Source: an uncultured Pseudomonadales bacterium (GTDB lineage: Bacteria; Patescibacteriota; Microgenomatia; UBA1400; PJMF01). From it: a DNA stretch of 64,000 nt. How positions within the stretch are numbered: position 1 is the stretch's first letter; each line of letters starts with the position of its first letter. Positions 60,725-64,000 of the stretch are shown one piece after another. A program made the position numbers and the translations under genes. Below the pieces are notes generated by a model. The model had not been told where the DNA came from. It did no database searches and saw nothing but the letters and a program-made list of their open reading frames with translations. The DNA lies in assembly GCA_964457085.1 (NCBI GenBank), contig CAYWDM010000003.1:128514-192513 (forward strand), in the 5' to 3' direction.

Positions 60725-63490
60725 ATGCAACAAGTTTGGCAGCGGTGGCGATTCAGCTTAGAAGCCTGGACAGGGTTATTATTACACCGAGTGCAAAGTC
60801 TTGGATTGTTTGCAAAACAGGCACATATGTTTAAGCAATTAACCCGATCACGTAGAGCACTGTCTCAAGAAGAACGTAAGCTTCAGACCATGCGGCTGGT
60901 GCGATGGCTGGCACTCGGATTTGTGTTCTTAGTCATTTTGGGAATCATTAGCTTTTTTGGCTTATTTGCTTGGTACTCTCGTGATTTGCCTAAGCCTGGA
61001 CAAGTAGTGCGTCGTGAAGGATTCAGTACCAAGATTTATGATCGCAAAGGGGCATTACTCTATGACTTGTTTGATACAGAGCGACGTAACCCTATTCTGA
61101 TTAAAGATGTCCCAGAAAATCTCAAACATGCGACTGTGGCAATTGAAGACAAAGATTTTTACAAGCACAGCGGTTTTGATTATCTAACACTGCTTCGAAT
61201 TCCTTATAACGTCATTGCAAAACAGCGTGTAGTTGGTGGTTCAACATTAACGCAACAGCTGGTTAAAAATGTCTTGCTGACGAGCGATCGTACGATCTCA
61301 CGCAAATTTAAGGAATTGGTGTTGGCAGTTCAGCTTGAGCGAACTTTTACTAAAGATCAAATTTTAGAGATGTATCTAAATGAAGCCCCATATGGCGGTA
61401 CTGCTTGGGGTGTGGGCACAGCATCTGAAGTCTATTTCAATAAAAAAGTTCAGGATTTGAACTTGATTGAGTCAGCTGTTTTGGCAGGTTTGCCACAACG
61501 TCCCAGCGTCTATTCCCCATACGCAGGCAAGCAAGATGAAAATGGTGACGCCTATTGGAAAGTCCGTGGTCGAGGCGTACTAATGCAGATGCGTAAAAAT
61601 AATTACTTGGATGAAGCGGGCTACGAACAAGCAATGAAGGATATCGAAAATCTAACCTTTCAACGCGCTAATTCTGACTTGCAGGCTCCCCACTTCGTTT
61701 TTTATGTTCGAGAGGTGTTGGAAAAAATGTACGGCGAAACACTTGTCGAAAAAGGTGGCTTGTCTGTCACCACTTCACTAGATTTGGAAATGCAACATGA
61801 GTCAGAGCGAATCGTGATGGAGGAAATTGAGAAAGTTAAAGATTTAAATATTACTAATGGCTCGGTGATGGTGACTGATCCACGAACTGGTGAGATTTTG
61901 GCAATGGTGGGAAGTAAGGACTATTTTGATCAGACCATCGACGGACAATTTAACGTGGCAGTTAATGGACTGAGACAACCTGGATCATCAATTAAACCAA
62001 TCACTTATTTGGGAATGTTTAGACGTGGATACACACCTGCAAGTATGCTGGCTGATGTGCCTACCAAATTTACTCCAGAAGAAAAAGACAAGCCATACGA
62101 ACCAAAAAACTATGACGGCAAGTTTCGTGGAGCCGTGAATTTGCGCAATAGTCTCGGCAGTTCACTGAATATCCCAGCGGTTAAATCACTCGCTATCGTA
62201 GGTGTAGATAACTTTTTGAAGTTGGCCTATGAAATGGGATTCCCAACCCTCGAGCCAACTGAAGACAACATGAAGCGATTCGGCTTGGCCGTTACCTTGG
62301 GTGGTGCTGAGGTGCATTTGATCGATACTGTGTCGGCATATAGTGCGTTTGCCAACGGTGGATTAAAGGTCTCCCCAATTTCAGTACTCAAAGTGGCAGA
62401 TAAAGACGGCAAGGTACTGTTTGAACAAAAAAATGTGGCTGGTCAGCGGGTAATGAGTCCTGAAGAGTCATTTTTAATTAATAGCGTGTTATCTGACAAC
62501 AATGCTCGGTTAATGGCATTTGGTGTCAATTCACTGCTCAATACGGGCAAACCAATAGCAGTTAAAACTGGAACAACTAACGATCAGAAAGATAACTGGA
62601 CTGTGGGTTGGAGCCAAGAAATCATGGTTGGTACTTGGGTGGGTAATAGCAATAACACACCAATGAAAAAAGTTGCTTCAGGTATTACCGGTGCTTCCCC
62701 GATTTGGCGTCGGATCATCATGATGGCTTTGGAAAAAGGGTATAAAGCTCCCGAGTGGAAAGTACCTGATGGTATTGAACAACTTGAACTGGATACCATC
62801 AGTGGCTACACCAAACACGATGATTTTCCTTCAAAAAATGAGTATGTAGTCAAAGGATCAGCACTGACTGGACCAGATCCAATTCACACCAAGCTAAAGA
62901 TGTGTCGAGGTGAAAACAAACTCGCAACTGAAGCTCGAATTGCTGCTGGTGACTACGATGAGCGTGAATCAATCGTGCTTAAAGAAAATGATCCAGTTAG
63001 TAAAGACGGTGTTAATCGTTGGCAACTGGGAATTGATGGCTGGGTTGGCGGTCAAGAAGACAGTCGCTATAAAGTGCCAACTGAGTTTTGTGGCAGTAGC
63101 AGCGATGTGTTTGTGAGATTAAACAGACCTGAAAATCAAAAGAGTTATGGCGAAGAAGAGATTGAAGTTCAAATTGAATCAGACAGTGGCGATGGCATCG
63201 AAAAGATTGAGCTATGGGCGGATGGCAGTCTGCGCGAAACCATCACTAGCCGTTCATATACTGGCAAAATCAAACTATCTCCAGGTCAACATGAGCTATT
63301 TGCCAAGGCCCGGTCACGAGGCGGTAAAGATGCTCAGAGTGGCACAGTGTTCATCGGTACTGGTGGTCAGGATTGGAAGAAGCCGGAGCCAACTGCGGTG
63401 CCTCAACCCACTAATACTCCAGTGCCTACAGTAACTCCAACACCAACAGCAGGTGCATTACCAACACTGACCCCCACACCTTCTATTTAG
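60725..63490 (+). CDS. Class A penicillin-binding protein (PBP1A family)
   Basis: EDKDF..HSG, GGSTLTQQL, RKFKE, SSIK, SLN, KTGT. Confidence 0.95.
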   Translation: MQQVWQRWRFSLEAWTGLLLHRVQSLGLFAKQAHMFKQLTRSRRALSQEERKLQTMRLVRWLALGFVFLVILGIISFFGLFAWYSRDLPKPGQVVRREGFSTKIYDRKGALLYDLFDTERRNPILIKDVPENLKHATVAIEDKDFYKHSGFDYLTLLRIPYNVIAKQRVVGGSTLTQQLVKNVLLTSDRTISRKFKELVLAVQLERTFTKDQILEMYLNEAPYGGTAWGVGTASEVYFNKKVQDLNLIESAVLAGLPQRPSVYSPYAGKQDENGDAYWKVRGRGVLMQMRKNNYLDEAGYEQAMKDIENLTFQRANSDLQAPHFVFYVREVLEKMYGETLVEKGGLSVTTSLDLEMQHESERIVMEEIEKVKDLNITNGSVMVTDPRTGEILAMVGSKDYFDQTIDGQFNVAVNGLRQPGSSIKPITYLGMFRRGYTPASMLADVPTKFTPEEKDKPYEPKNYDGKFRGAVNLRNSLGSSLNIPAVKSLAIVGVDNFLKLAYEMGFPTLEPTEDNMKRFGLAVTLGGAEVHLIDTVSAYSAFANGGLKVSPISVLKVADKDGKVLFEQKNVAGQRVMSPEESFLINSVLSDNNARLMAFGVNSLLNTGKPIAVKTGTTNDQKDNWTVGWSQEIMVGTWVGNSNNTPMKKVASGITGASPIWRRIIMMALEKGYKAPEWKVPDGIEQLELDTISGYTKHDDFPSKNEYVVKGSALTGPDPIHTKLKMCRGENKLATEARIAAGDYDERESIVLKENDPVSKDGVNRWQLGIDGWVGGQEDSRYKVPTEFCGSSSDVFVRLNRPENQKSYGEEEIEVQIESDSGDGIEKIELWADGSLRETITSRSYTGKIKLSPGQHELFAKARSRGGKDAQSGTVFIGTGGQDWKKPEPTAVPQPTNTPVPTVTPTPTAGALPTLTPTPSI

Positions 63491-64000
63491 TCGTGATATT
63501 TTTGAAAGCAATTAGCTTGACTTAAGCCAATCAGCAGTGCTGTGGCAAAAATTCCTGGAGGTTGAGAAATTAAAAAGTGATCGAGTGCAGCTGCAGGTAG
63601 TAACAGCAGCCACCATAGTTCTTGCCGTGTGGTTTTTGAGGACTTGTTTGTCACCATAGCGCCACTAACGAGTGCCACTAACCCCAGCACACCAATCTCA
63701 CTGAGCAACAGCCAAAAAGCATTGTGTACTGGTTGGACAAATCGAACTATTTCAGTGCTAGTGCGATAGTTTTGTAGTTGAATGGTGCTCTGATTGACGC
63801 CAGTTCCAAACCAAAAATTTTGACGAATTAACTCAGTAGTAGCTAGAAAAAGTTCATTACGTCGTTGCCAGGAAAAAGTATCTGTGTGCTTTGGTAAATA
63901 GTTGCTGAGTGTCAGCAAAAATATCGGCATGATAATGGCTGCCAACACTCCAATAACCATAATAATTGCAAAAATTTTAGGTTTAACTTTAATTTTTCTC
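63487..64000 (-). CDS. O-antigen ligase / Wzy_C-like membrane protein, C-terminal part
   Basis: R...WFGTG...PVHNAFWLLLSEIGVLG, DH; runs off the right edge. Confidence 0.75.
   Translation of the reverse strand, partial: RKIKVKPKIFAIIMVIGVLAAIIMPIFLLTLSNYLPKHTDTFSWQRRNELFLATTELIRQNFWFGTGVNQSTIQLQNYRTSTEIVRFVQPVHNAFWLLLSEIGVLGLVALVSGAMVTNKSSKTTRQELWWLLLLPAAALDHFLISQPPGIFATALLIGLSQANCFQKYHD

Overview
AT-rich bacterial chromosomal segment, most likely Patescibacteria/CPR (Microgenomates-like). That assignment is inferred from the short EF-Ts and YebC, the rpmF-nusB-acp-rnc-rpsP-khpA operon, many pilins with pilMNO but no secretin in the window, and Pro/Thr-rich exported proteins. Content is mostly housekeeping (hisS, dnaB, lgt-lspA-rluD, glyA-nfo-folD, rpsB-tsf, queA, gyrB-ppa-gyrA, recG, tyrS, PBP1A), plus three tRNAs and a large type IV pilus locus. 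The standout region is 27330-28890, a tandem array of three cassettes directly behind a DEAD-box RNA helicase. Each cassette has its own near-consensus sigma70 promoter, a ~190-200 nt leader with conserved fold but diverged sequence, a 65-71 aa ORF enclosed by a long-range 5'UTR/3'UTR helix, and a terminal hairpin. Other notable items: an 11-6-11 dif-like site near a lone Xer recombinase, a candidate attenuator upstream of a Maf-like gene and glyA/folD, an EamA-riboflavin kinase fusion, an ACP-like protein lacking the phosphopantetheine Ser, and a widespread leaderless-mRNA signature. All calls come from reading motifs by eye; no database search or folding software was run.
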